Source of the DNA: Myxococcota bacterium | GTDB lineage: Bacteria > Myxococcota_A > UBA9160 > UBA6930 | NCBI GenBank assembly: GCA_965223415.1 | Contig: OZ245002.1 | Location: 1-64,000 of the forward strand | DNA: 64,000 bases | Reading direction: 5' to 3' | Translations under genes and position numbers: made by a program | Shown here: positions 9,215-20,647 of the stretch, piece by piece | Layout of the letters: each line of letters begins with the position of its first letter | Position numbering within the stretch: position 1 is the first letter of the stretch | Notes under the pieces: generated by a model | What the model saw: only the letters and a program-made list of their open reading frames with translations | Told to the model about the DNA's origin: nothing | The model's database searches: none

Positions 9215-11719
9215 CTAGCTCCCCGCCTGCCCCATCAGGGCGCGGATCTCGTCCACCATCTCCCCGGCCCCCGGATAGCGGTCGTCCGGGTCCTTCTGGA
9301 GGCACCGGCTGATCAGACCGGCGAGAGGCTCGGGCAGGTTCGGGTTGGCCTCCCGCGGGTCCGGTGCCGGGGTGTGGACGTGGTGGTACGGCACGTTCCC
9401 TTCCTTGAACGGAAGCGTCCCCGTCGCCAGCTCGAAGAGCGTCACCCCGAGGCTGTAGATGTCGGTGCGGTGGTCGACGTTCTTGCCCAGGGTCTGCTCG
9501 GGGCTCATGTAGTAGGGCGTGCCGCTCACGAGCGTGGTGTGGTTGCGGACTTCCTCCACCACCTTGGCCAGGCCGAAGTCCATGATCTTGGCCTTCTTCT
9601 CCCGGGTCCACATGGCGTTGGCGGTCTTGATGTCCCGGTGCACGACCTTCTGGGAGTGGGCGTAGCGCAGGGCCTCGCCCATCTGCAGGGCCACGTGGAG
9701 GACGCCGCCCGGCGCGATCAAGCCGCGACGGCGGACGATCTCCTTCAGCGTCGTGCCGTCGACGTACTCCATCGCGATGTAGTACCGGCCCTGCTGCTCG
9801 CCCGCGTCGTAGACCGTCACGATGTTGGGGTGGTTCAGCTTCGCGGCGCTCTTGGCCTCGCGAAGGAAGTTCTTGAGAGCCTGCGGGTTGTCCTTGAGCG
9901 CGTCGGGGAGGACCTTGAACGCGACGGTGCGGTCGAGCACGCTGTCCACCGCCTTGTAGACGATGCCCATTCCGCCGCGCCCGAGCTCGGCGACGATCTG
10001 GTAGCGGGCCTCGGCGGGCTCGGCCGGCGTCTCGAGACCGGAGCCGCTCGTCGCCCCGCGCAGCGGCAGGCTCTCCTCGATGGAGCGCAGCCGGTGCAGC
10101 CGCGCCTCGACGTCCTCGAAGTTGTACTGGGCGCCGTGGATCCGCTCGAACACCTGGCGGGCGTCCGCGTGCTCGCCGGCCTCCTCGAGGCACACGCCCA
10201 GGGTGTAGAAGAGGGCTGCCGTGTCCGGACCCACTTCGAGGGAAGCGGTGGCCTGCTTCATGCGGGCCACCGCCAGGCCCGGCTGGCTCCGGGCCCGGAA
10301 GAGCTGGGCCAGCAGCAGACTCGCCGCCTGGAAGTCTCCGTGGTCGGGAGCGACCTGCTGGAGGGCTTCGATGGCGGCCTCGTCGCGGCCCTCGCCGTGG
10401 TGGACGCGACCGGCGCGCAGGTGGAGGCCGGCGGCCACCAGCGCCTCGGCCTCGGCCTCCCGGTCGCCGAGCTGGGCGTGGCACCCCGCGGCGTCCTCGT
10501 GGGCGCCGGCCCGGGCGAAGTTCTCGGCGGCCCGGGCCCACTCGCCCGCCAGCCGCAGCATGTCGCCGGCCTGGTGGAACTCCCCGCAGCGCTCGTAGCA
10601 TTCGCCGGCCAGGGGGTAGGCCTCGAGGTTGCGATAGAGGTCACCGGCCTCCTGGAAGTCGCCAGCCTGCACGAGCATGCGGGCCGCCTCCTCCGGGTCC
10701 CCCTGGTCGCGCAGGTGCTCGCCGAGGATCTGGGCCGCGGCCGTCTCCTCGCCGATCCGACGCAGGGCCTCGGCAGCGCGGGGCGCATCGCCGGAGCGCT
10801 GGAAGAGCTCGGCGGCCTTGCTGATCTCGTCCCGGCGCAGGGCCACCTCGGCGGCGGCGGACCAGCACTCCCCGTGCTCGAGGACGCGCTGGGCTGCCTT
10901 GAGATCGTCGGCCTGCTCGTAGAGCTTGGCGGTCTGGAGCACGAGCTTGCGAAGCTCCTCGCGCTTCTGGGGATCGTTCTGACCGACGCCCTCCTCGCGG
11001 ACGACGTCTTCCAGGCTCCTCGCGGCCCGCGGCCAATCCTGGGCCTGGATGAAGGCGCGGGCGGCATAGCGATGGAACTCGCAGGCGGCGTAGCACTCAC
11101 CGGCCCGGTGGGCGTTCCCGGCCTTTTCGTACATCTCGGCGGCGACGCTCATCCGGCCGGCCTGGTCGTAGCACTCGGCGGCCTCGGCGAAGGCGTTCTG
11201 GGCGGCGTAGATGGTGCCCGCCGTGTCGTGCTGGCCCGCCCGGACGTACAGCTCGGCTGCCTCCTGGAAGCGGTTCTGGTCGTGGCGGATCTCCGCCGCG
11301 CGAACGAACTCGCCGCCCTGCTCGAAGAGCTGGGCCGACTTCTCGAGCAGCCCGCTCGCGAAGCACAGCTCCGCCGCCTCCAGCACGCTGCCGCGCTTGG
11401 CCATGCGCCCGGCCTGCTTCTCCACCTTGCGCGCCATGCGGGGATCCGTGGTGGCCAGGTCGTCGGCCAGGGCCTCCGAATCTCCGCCGCTGCGGCGCCG
11501 CGCCCCAAGCCCCAGGAGCACGCAGCCGAGGGCGACCAGGCCGCCGCCGGGCACCACGCCCACCAGGACGTCCCCCAGCCCGGCCGCTCCCGCCAGGCTC
11601 TCGAAGACGCTACCCAGGGCCTTCGCGGCCGCGTGGTTCGGGGCGAGGGCCGCTGTGAGCCCGTAGGCTCCGGCCAGCACGGCCAGGGCGCCGGCAAGGA
11701 TGAGGAGAAGGCGTGTCAT
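9215..11719 (-). CDS. Membrane-anchored TPR/SNAP-like repeat protein with C-terminal Hanks-type Ser/Thr kinase
   Basis: Two N-terminal hydrophobic segments, helical repeats, GRGGMG, VAFK, HRDIKTAN, DFG, GTPYYMSPE; start MTRLLL at 11719. Confidence 0.92.
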   Translation of the reverse strand: MTRLLLILAGALAVLAGAYGLTAALAPNHAAAKALGSVFESLAGAAGLGDVLVGVVPGGGLVALGCVLLGLGARRRSGGDSEALADDLATTDPRMARKVEKQAGRMAKRGSVLEAAELCFASGLLEKSAQLFEQGGEFVRAAEIRHDQNRFQEAAELYVRAGQHDTAGTIYAAQNAFAEAAECYDQAGRMSVAAEMYEKAGNAHRAGECYAACEFHRYAARAFIQAQDWPRAARSLEDVVREEGVGQNDPQKREELRKLVLQTAKLYEQADDLKAAQRVLEHGECWSAAAEVALRRDEISKAAELFQRSGDAPRAAEALRRIGEETAAAQILGEHLRDQGDPEEAARMLVQAGDFQEAGDLYRNLEAYPLAGECYERCGEFHQAGDMLRLAGEWARAAENFARAGAHEDAAGCHAQLGDREAEAEALVAAGLHLRAGRVHHGEGRDEAAIEALQQVAPDHGDFQAASLLLAQLFRARSQPGLAVARMKQATASLEVGPDTAALFYTLGVCLEEAGEHADARQVFERIHGAQYNFEDVEARLHRLRSIEESLPLRGATSGSGLETPAEPAEARYQIVAELGRGGMGIVYKAVDSVLDRTVAFKVLPDALKDNPQALKNFLREAKSAAKLNHPNIVTVYDAGEQQGRYYIAMEYVDGTTLKEIVRRRGLIAPGGVLHVALQMGEALRYAHSQKVVHRDIKTANAMWTREKKAKIMDFGLAKVVEEVRNHTTLVSGTPYYMSPEQTLGKNVDHRTDIYSLGVTLFELATGTLPFKEGNVPYHHVHTPAPDPREANPNLPEPLAGLISRCLQKDPDDRYPGAGEMVDEIRALMGQAGS

Positions 11720-11797
11720 GAAGGCTCGGATCCTCCGCAAGGGCCGCGGCAGGACGGCTCGGATCCGCTGCTCGTATCGGTCGGATGGGGCCCGGGT

Positions 11798-13357
11798 ATG
11801 AGCGTCCCGTCCTCGCTGCGAGGCGGGCTGGGGGCCCGGATCCGCCCCGCCGTCCTCGTCTTCCTGGCCGCTCTCGCCGCCCCTGCGGCCGCCCAGCAGG
11901 ACCCCTTCCGGCTCCGCACGGCCCGGGTGCCGGGCCGGCCCGTCGAGGCCTTCGCGGTGGCCGATCGCGGGACGGGCACCCAGCGTCTGGTGGTGCTCTC
12001 CGTCGAGGGCATGCCGCCGGAGGAGACACGGCACCTCTCGGCGCTGGAGGCCGGACGGGCGGCTTCTCTGGCCCCGGGGGAGCCCACGGCCCTCGCGGGC
12101 TTCGAGGTCCCGGACGAGGTCTTCGCCATCGACGTCGCGGACCTGGACCCGGCCCCCGGCCTGGAGGCCCTGCTGATCACGCCCCGGGAGCTCCGCATCC
12201 GAGCGCTTTCCGGCGGCGCCCTGCTGCGGCGCATCGAGCTGCGCCCGGCCCTGCCGCTCCCGCGCCGCACCCGCCAGATCTCCCGCCTCGAGGCCGTCCG
12301 CCCCTGGGAGGGAGACGAACGGCTCTCGGCACTGATCCCCACCTGGAACGGCGCGCTGCTCGTGCCCCTGGACGCCCGCCCGCCCCGGCTGCTCCCACTC
12401 CCGGTGCTGACCGACTACGAGACGATGCCGCCGGAGCGGCCGATCTACGAGGGATTCGCCGCGGCCCGCTTCGTGTGGCCGGCCCTCGCCCGGGCCGACG
12501 ACGACGGCGACGGGGTGGCGGACCTGTTCGCCTCGAACCGCTTCCACCTCTGGGTGTTCCACGCGGGTGCCGAGGGGCTCGCGGGCCAACCGACCCGGCG
12601 AGCGCGATTCCAGCCTTTCAGCTTCGACGACGAGCGGCGCCACGAATCGCATCGCCTGCGGGCCTTCGTCGACGACCTGGACGGCGACGGCCGAGCGGAG
12701 GTGGTCGAGCATCGAAGTGTCGGCACGCTGCTCGAGAGCCGCACGACCATTCGCATCTACGCCGGCGGCGTCCAGGGCGCCGACCCGGCGGGCCCCGCAG
12801 TCGTGGAGCTCTCGGACGAGCGCGGCTTCGGCGGCGTCGAGATCTTCGACCTGGATGGCGACCGCCGAAAGGAGCTCTTCGACGTCGTCGTGCCCTTCGG
12901 CATGGTGCAGATGGCGCGGGTGCTCACGACCCGCCGCATCAACGCGGAGCTGCGCGTGCTCCACTTCCCGGACGGCCCCCTGGGCTCCCCCGTCGAGAGC
13001 TGGAGCACGACCCTGCGCGTCCCCCTCGACTTCCGCACCCAACGCGTGCGCGGCCTGCTGCCCAACCCCCGCGGCGATTGGAACGGCGATGGCCGCCTCG
13101 ACCTCATCCACGGCGACGGCGCCGACGCCGTCCAGATCCGCCTCGGCGAGCGCGGCGACGACGGGCCCGGCTTCAGCGACCCCGTCGCCCGCCAGCCGCT
13201 TCCGTTCTCCGACCTCGCCCTGATCGCCGACCTCGACGGCGACGGCCTCGACGACCTCGTCACCTACGACACCCTCGACCGCGAGGGACGCCTGCACCTA
13301 GCCTTCAACGAGGGCCGGCTGCCGGGGACGCGACCGGTGATGCGGGAGGCGCCGTAG
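11798..13357 (+). CDS. Secreted FG-GAP/VCBS repeat protein
   Basis: Signal peptide (AVLVFLAALAAPAAA); repeated DxDGDGxxD motifs (DDDGDGVAD, DLDGDGRAE, DWNGDGRLD, DLDGDGLDD). Confidence 0.8.
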   Translation: MSVPSSLRGGLGARIRPAVLVFLAALAAPAAAQQDPFRLRTARVPGRPVEAFAVADRGTGTQRLVVLSVEGMPPEETRHLSALEAGRAASLAPGEPTALAGFEVPDEVFAIDVADLDPAPGLEALLITPRELRIRALSGGALLRRIELRPALPLPRRTRQISRLEAVRPWEGDERLSALIPTWNGALLVPLDARPPRLLPLPVLTDYETMPPERPIYEGFAAARFVWPALARADDDGDGVADLFASNRFHLWVFHAGAEGLAGQPTRRARFQPFSFDDERRHESHRLRAFVDDLDGDGRAEVVEHRSVGTLLESRTTIRIYAGGVQGADPAGPAVVELSDERGFGGVEIFDLDGDRRKELFDVVVPFGMVQMARVLTTRRINAELRVLHFPDGPLGSPVESWSTTLRVPLDFRTQRVRGLLPNPRGDWNGDGRLDLIHGDGADAVQIRLGERGDDGPGFSDPVARQPLPFSDLALIADLDGDGLDDLVTYDTLDREGRLHLAFNEGRLPGTRPVMREAP

Positions 13358-13366
13358 TCGGGGAGA

Positions 13367-14240
13367 GGGCGTCCCGGCCGGCGGGGGGCGCGGTGCCTTG
13401 GCCGGCCCTGCTTCGAGAGGGAGACCGGCTAGGACGCGGGGATCTCCGTTGGATCGAACGCGGGCCCCGCCTTGCGCCAGCCCGTGCTGAGCAGCCAGGT
13501 GTGGGGGTCGGCGATGGCTCGGAGGTGGCCTCCCAGGCGGCCTCGTGCCTCCGCGAGAAGGTCCCGGTTCCTGGCGGTGCGCTTCCACCCTTCGAACCAT
13601 CGGCCGGAGGAGGCCGGATCGATCCGCACGACGGCGTCCCGCCGCCGTGCGTGCTTCTGCCCGTTCAGGAGCACGTAGCGCAGCGCATTCCGCACCTGGG
13701 TGGGCGTCTTCAGCACGACGTGGTGGTACCGGTCCTTCAGGACCGGCCCCGTTCGCGAGAACACCCGGTTCACCGCTCGGGCCAGTCTCGCACCCAGCGA
13801 CTTCATCCCCCGCCCGAGCGCGTCGAACCCATGCGCCTCCACGATCAGGTGGACGTGGTCCCCCTGGATCGAGTAGTGCACGAGCCGGAAGTCCCCCCGG
13901 TCGCAGGCCTTCGCGAAGGAGCGCTCGACCTCGTGCACGAGCTTCGCACGGCGAAGGGAGGGCACGTCGTCCCGCACCTTGAGCGCGGCAGGGGTACCGG
14001 GAGGCCAGCTTCCCGCGTCGTAGGTGAGGCGCGTTCGGGTTCGGCCCCGGCTTCCGCCCGGCCCGTTCTCGCCTCCCACCCCAGGTGGGCAGCGAGAGCT
14101 GCAAGCTGGCAGACATCACAGCAACCACCGCCAAGGCACTGCGCCCCGATCGGCCGCGACCCCCGAGCGCCCCGCAGGAGAGGAGGAAGCCGCAACCCAT
14201 CGCGAACGCGCCCCCCATCCCAACCGAACCCAAGCCCGCA
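13367..14240 (-). mobile_element. RAYT/IS200-like Y1 transposase element with inverted flanks
   Basis: 13367-13402 and 14130-14164 are imperfect inverted repeats (core 17/18) bracketing the transposase; 14170-14240 matches flanks of the other two copies. Confidence 0.7.
13429..14116 (-). pseudogene. REP-associated tyrosine transposase (HUH Y1), frameshifted
   Basis: HVHLIVE (HUH) and NALRYVLLN (catalytic Tyr helix); N-terminus MSASLQLSLPTWGGRRERAGRKPG lies in another frame; ~5 bp missing near 13985 relative to CHVTLKV in the 50.6-kb copy. Confidence 0.8.
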
Positions 14241-14288
14241 CCACCCCGAAGCCCAAACGCGCTGCCCAGCCGTCGCCCCGGGCCCCGC

Positions 14289-15341
14289 CTAGAACAGCTT
14301 CCCCTGCCCGCCCTCCCCCGGCACGAGCCCGAAGTGCCCGAACGCGCGACGGGTCGCCACGCGTCCGCGGGGTGTGCGGTCGAGGAAGCCGCCTTGGATG
14401 AGGAAGGGCTCGATCAGGTCCTCGAGGGTGCCCTTGTCTTCGCCGAGGGCGGCGGCCAGGGTCTCCAGGCCGACGGGGCCGCCCTCGAACTTCTCGATCA
14501 GGGTGAGCAGGAGTGCCCGGTCGAGCTTGTCGAAGCCGGCCTCGTCGACGTCCAGGCGCTCGAGGGCGTAGCGGGCCAGCTCTCCGTCGATGGCGTCGCC
14601 TTCGCCGGCGCCCACGGCAGCGAAGTCGCGGACGCGGCGCAGGAGGCGGTTCGCGATCCGCGGCGTGCCGCGGGAGCGCTGGGCGATCTCGGCTCCGGCG
14701 GAGGGGGCGAGCTCCACGCCCAGCAGGCGGGCGGAGCGGGCCAGCACGTCTTCGAGCTGCTCCGCCGGGTAGTAGTCGAGACGCGCCGACCAGCCGAAGC
14801 GATCGCGCAGGGGCGAGGTGAGGAGCCCGGCGCGGGTGGTCGCGCCGACCAGGGTGAAACGCGGCAGGTCGATGCGGATCGACCGGGCGCTCGGCCCCTG
14901 CCCGATCAGGAGGTCGAGCTGGAAATCCTCCATGGCCGGGTACAGGATCTCCTCCACCGCCGGCGGCAGCCGGTGGATCTCGTCGATGAACAGCACGTCC
15001 CCGGGCTCGAGATTCGAGAGCAGCGCGGCCAGGTCTCCGGCCCGCTCGAGCACCGGGCCGCTGGTGGCGCGAAACTCCGCCGCCATCTCCCGCGCGACGA
15101 TGCGCGCGAGCGACGTCTTGCCGAGACCGGGCGGGCCGTAGAAGAGCAGGTGGTCGAGGGCCTCGTCGCGGCCGCGGGCGGCGGCGATGAACACGGCCAG
15201 GTTCTCGCGCAGGCGATCCTGCCCGACCATCTCCTGGAGGGAGCCGGGGCGTAGCGCGTCGTCCAGGCCCCGTTCGCCCGGCGTCGCCTCGCCGCTGAGG
15301 TCGCCGCGCACGGGCTCGTCGGCCCGAGGGCCGTCGCTCAT
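14289..15341 (-). CDS. ruvB: Holliday junction branch migration helicase RuvB
   Basis: [44 protein letters not shown]. Confidence 0.98.
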   Translation of the reverse strand: MSDGPRADEPVRGDLSGEATPGERGLDDALRPGSLQEMVGQDRLRENLAVFIAAARGRDEALDHLLFYGPPGLGKTSLARIVAREMAAEFRATSGPVLERAGDLAALLSNLEPGDVLFIDEIHRLPPAVEEILYPAMEDFQLDLLIGQGPSARSIRIDLPRFTLVGATTRAGLLTSPLRDRFGWSARLDYYPAEQLEDVLARSARLLGVELAPSAGAEIAQRSRGTPRIANRLLRRVRDFAAVGAGEGDAIDGELARYALERLDVDEAGFDKLDRALLLTLIEKFEGGPVGLETLAAALGEDKGTLEDLIEPFLIQGGFLDRTPRGRVATRRAFGHFGLVPGEGGQGKLF

Positions 15342-15946
15342 CGGGCCAGCCTCCGCAGCGCCGCCCGCACGAGATCCTCGATCGGCGCCTCGCCACCCTC
15401 CGCCGCGACGACCGCGTCGGCCACCTTCTCCGCCTTCGCCTTGGGCGTCTGGAGGTTCACCAGAGCCGACACCAGCTGGTGTCGCGCATCGTCCTCCGGG
15501 GCGTCGGGCGCGGGGCGAGCGGTCGGCGCGGCCTCAGTGGTCAGCTCGGCGGCCCGGTCCCGCAGCTCGACGACGATGCGCTCGGCCATCTTCGCGCCGA
15601 CCCCCGGCGCGGAGCGCAGCACGGCGACCTCGCCGTCCCGGATCGCATCTACCAGGTCGCCGGCCTCGATGCCCGAGAGAATGGTCTGGGCGAGCTTCGG
15701 CCCCACCCGGCTCGCGTGGAGGAGCAGCTCGAAGACGGCTTTCTCCCTCGCCGTGGCGAAGCCGTAGAGCTGCAAGATGTCCTCCCGCACGTGGGTGTGC
15801 ACGCGCAGGGCAACGGTCTTGCCCTCGTCTGGCAGCGCGACGAAGGTCGAGAGCGGCACCAACGCCTCGTAGCCGACGCCGCCGACGTCGATGATCACCC
15901 GGGTGGGTGCCTTCTCGAGCAGCAGGCCTTCGAGGCGGGCGATCAC
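15338..15946 (-). CDS. ruvA: Holliday junction DNA-binding protein RuvA
   Basis: MIARLEG, GGVGYE, HVRED..LYGF, HhH motifs VGPKLA and [11 protein letters not shown]. Confidence 0.97.
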   Translation of the reverse strand: MIARLEGLLLEKAPTRVIIDVGGVGYEALVPLSTFVALPDEGKTVALRVHTHVREDILQLYGFATAREKAVFELLLHASRVGPKLAQTILSGIEAGDLVDAIRDGEVAVLRSAPGVGAKMAERIVVELRDRAAELTTEAAPTARPAPDAPEDDARHQLVSALVNLQTPKAKAEKVADAVVAAEGGEAPIEDLVRAALRRLAR

Positions 15947-16509
15947 CGCGCGCGCCTCACCACCAGCTCGGATCCCGAGCGCCGGGCACCTCCGCGCGGG
16001 CGCGGCCGCGCGACGCGGCGCGGCTCCTGTGCACCGCGGTGCCCCCGGCAGATCGCCGCTGCCAGGGCGTCGGCCGCGTCCTCGGCCGGCAGGCTGCCGA
16101 GACCGAGCAGACGCTTCACCATCAGCTGCACCTGACGCTTGTCGGCGCGGCCGGTGCCGACGACGGCGCGCTTGATCTCGGCGGGAGACAGCTCCTCGAG
16201 GCCGAGTCCGGCGCCACCGAGCACGGCCAGGGCGGCGCCCCGGGCCTGGCCGAGGGCCAGGGCGGTGCGCGGGTTCGAGCCGACGAACGCCTTCTCCACC
16301 ACGACCACCTCGGGCTGGTGAAGGCTCACGACCTCGCGGAGGCCGTCGGCGATCACCGCCAGGCGCCGGGCCAGCGATTCGCGTCGCGGCGGCCGCAGGG
16401 TGCCGTGGGCGACGTGGCGCACCTGGCTGCCCTCCCGCTCCACCACGCCGTAGCCCGTCACCTGGGAGCCCGGGTCGACTCCGAGGATCCGCAACGTTCG
16501 GTCACCCAT
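15943..16509 (-). CDS. ruvC: Crossover junction endodeoxyribonuclease RuvC
   Basis: ILGVDPG, GQARG, IKRAVVGTGRADK, DAADALAAAIC. Confidence 0.97.
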   Translation of the reverse strand: MGDRTLRILGVDPGSQVTGYGVVEREGSQVRHVAHGTLRPPRRESLARRLAVIADGLREVVSLHQPEVVVVEKAFVGSNPRTALALGQARGAALAVLGGAGLGLEELSPAEIKRAVVGTGRADKRQVQLMVKRLLGLGSLPAEDAADALAAAICRGHRGAQEPRRVARPRPRGGARRSGSELVVRRAR

Positions 16510-16650
16510 GAGCGGCTGGTCTCCACGGAGGTGGGGTTCATCGCAGTTCGGTGGAGGGGCCGACTTTCGCGGGGGCTTCGCTGGGGAACTGCCGCAGGGT
16601 AGGGAAGGCGGGGCAGGAAGCCAGCCGACCCGGGGCGGCGCCGTGGGGGC

Positions 16651-17400
16651 TCACGAGGCCAGCTGGGAGAGAACCTCGTCGGGAATGTCGAAGTTCGCGT
16701 AGACCGCTTGGATGTCGTCCAGGTCCTCCAGGGCGTCGGCCAGCTTCAGCATCGCCTCCGCGTCCTTGCCCTCGAGGGCGACAGTGGTGCTCGGCTCCAT
16801 CGAGATCTCGGCCTGCTGGGCCTCGAAGCCGGCCGCCTCCATCGCCCGCTTCACGCCGTCGAACGTCGAGGGAGCGGTGACGACCGAGACCACGTCGCCC
16901 CCTTCCAGGACGTCCTCGGCTCCGCCCTCGAGGGCAGCCTCCATCAGCGCGTCGAGGTCGACGGCCTCGGCGTCGAAGGCCAGGATGCCCCGCTTCTCGA
17001 ACAGGTAGGCGACGCAGCCGTTCTCTCCGAGATTCCCCCCGGCCTTGGTGAAGACGTGGCGCACCTCGCTGACCGTGCGGTTGCGGTTGTCGGTCAGGGC
17101 GTTCACGAGCACGGCCGTCCCCCCGGGGCCGTAGCCCTCGTAGGTCACCTCCTCGTAGGCCTCCCCCTCGCTCCCGCCCGTGCCCTTCTGGATCGCCTTC
17201 TGGATGTTGTCCTTGGGCATGTTGGCGGCCCGGGCCTTGTCGATGGCCAGGCGCAACCGCGGGTTGGCGTCCGCGTCGCCGCCCCCGATGCGGGCGGCGG
17301 TGGCGATCTCCCGGATGAGCTTGGTGAAGATCTTGCCGCGCTTGGCGTCCGCGGCGCCCTTCTTCCGCTTGATCGTCGACCACTTGGAGTGACCGGACAT
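16651..17400 (-). CDS. yebC: YebC/PmpR family protein
   Basis: [35 protein letters not shown]; canonical yebC-ruvCAB order. Confidence 0.97.
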   Translation of the reverse strand: MSGHSKWSTIKRKKGAADAKRGKIFTKLIREIATAARIGGGDADANPRLRLAIDKARAANMPKDNIQKAIQKGTGGSEGEAYEEVTYEGYGPGGTAVLVNALTDNRNRTVSEVRHVFTKAGGNLGENGCVAYLFEKRGILAFDAEAVDLDALMEAALEGGAEDVLEGGDVVSVVTAPSTFDGVKRAMEAAGFEAQQAEISMEPSTTVALEGKDAEAMLKLADALEDLDDIQAVYANFDIPDEVLSQLAS

Positions 17401-17452
17401 TGCGCCTCAGGGCCTCCTCGGGCTGGATGTAGCGCACCGGCCGCACCCGGGA

Positions 17453-17477
17453 AACGGCTCAGGAATCGGCAGGTTCC
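17453..17477 (-). promoter_or_regulatory. Putative ECF sigma promoter GGAAC-N16-CGTT upstream of yebC
   Basis: Minus strand GGAACctgccgattcctgagcCGTT, ~50 bp before the yebC ATG. Confidence 0.5.
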
Positions 17478-17555
17478 GACCGATAGGCGGCTTGCCGGAG
17501 TGGGCCGGCCGCGCAAGGGCGGCAGGTTCCGAAGCCGGTTGCGGGGGACTCATCC

Positions 17556-19589
<2,034 letters not shown>

Positions 19590-19591
19590 CC

Positions 19592-20098
19592 GTGGCGCGC
19601 TTGGCGGAGGCAGAGGTCCGGGCGCTCGCTGGCCTGCTCGACGACCTCGACTACTACCAGCTGCTGGAGATCGAGCCGGCGGCCCAGGGCTCCCAGGTGA
19701 AGATCGCCTACTACGCCGCCTCCCGGCGCTACCACCCGGACGCGAACCGGGACCTGGCCGGCGACGTGCTGGGCCACGTCCACGCCATCTCGAAGCGCAT
19801 CACCGAGGCCTACCAGGTACTGCGCGATCCCCGACGACGCCGGGCCTACGATGCGAAGCGCCAGGAGGACGGCGCGAAGCGTATGCAGCTCGTCGAGGCG
19901 GACGCGCGCGCCGGCCAGCAGGCCCGTGCCGTGCACGAAGGCACCACGCCGAACGGCCGGCGCTTCTTCGCCCAGGCCAAGAGCGACCTGGAGCGCGGCG
20001 ATACGGGCGGGGCCATCCGCAACCTCAAGATGGCCCTCACCTTCGAGCCCAAGAACCAGCACTTCCAGGAGAAGCTGGCGGAGCTCCGCGGCGCGTAG
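19592..20098 (+). CDS. J-domain co-chaperone with C-terminal TPR-like helix pair
   Basis: DYYQLLEI, HPD motif, EAYQVLRDPRRRRAYD; starts 2 bp after the Hsp70 stop. Confidence 0.9.
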   Translation: MARLAEAEVRALAGLLDDLDYYQLLEIEPAAQGSQVKIAYYAASRRYHPDANRDLAGDVLGHVHAISKRITEAYQVLRDPRRRRAYDAKRQEDGAKRMQLVEADARAGQQARAVHEGTTPNGRRFFAQAKSDLERGDTGGAIRNLKMALTFEPKNQHFQEKLAELRGA

Positions 20099-20110
20099 TT
20101 CGGGCGGCGT

Positions 20111-20170
20111 TTGACAGCCCCCGGCGATCCTTGGCATCCTGCGGTCCTCGGTTGACACCCGTGTCAACCG
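20111..20170 (+). promoter_or_regulatory. Sigma70-like promoter plus perfect 22-bp palindromic operator
   Basis: TTGACA at 20111 with a weak -10 CATCCT (20135-20140); cggttgacac-cc-gtgtcaaccg at 20149-20170. Confidence 0.65.
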
Positions 20171-20195
20171 TCCCCCCTACCCAAGAGGACCCCAC

Positions 20196-20627
20196 ATGTC
20201 CGAGGAGAACGCGGCCCAGGGGCCGCTCCCCGTGGTCGACTTCCTGAAGCTGCCCGAGGGCGGCGATCCCTACCTGGAAGGCCACAAGTGCAAGAGCTGC
20301 GACGCCATCTTCCTGGGTGAGCGCGAGATCTGCTCGAAGTGCGGCACCCGCGGCCAGATCGAAGCCGTCAAGCTCGCGAACACCGGCACGCTGTACGTCT
20401 ACTCCATCGTGCACCGCTCGTTCCCGGGCATCGAGGTGCCCTACGTGTCCGCGATCGTCGACCTCGACGGCGGTGGCACGGTCAAGGGCAACCTGATCAA
20501 CATCGAGCCGGATCCGGAGAAGATCGAGCTCGGCATGCCGATCGAGGTCGTCTACAAGGACGCGCTCGGCCGCAAGGACCGGGACGGCAACAGCTACCTC
20601 TCCTACTTCTTCCAGCCCCGGTCGTAG
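20196..20627 (+). CDS. DUF35 Zn-ribbon/OB-fold acyl-CoA-binding protein
   Basis: CKSC...CSKC zinc ribbon, GTLYVYSIVH, PYVSAIVDL; adjacent to a thiolase. Confidence 0.9.
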   Translation: MSEENAAQGPLPVVDFLKLPEGGDPYLEGHKCKSCDAIFLGEREICSKCGTRGQIEAVKLANTGTLYVYSIVHRSFPGIEVPYVSAIVDLDGGGTVKGNLINIEPDPEKIELGMPIEVVYKDALGRKDRDGNSYLSYFFQPRS

Positions 20628-20647
20628 GCCGGACCCGAGGAGCCCAC

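Noticed and set aside
9158..13357. Apparent fully overlapping 1399-aa and 1360-aa ORFs
   Set aside because: Each is a real gene extended through the antisense of its divergent neighbour; true starts are 11719 (-) and 11798 (+)
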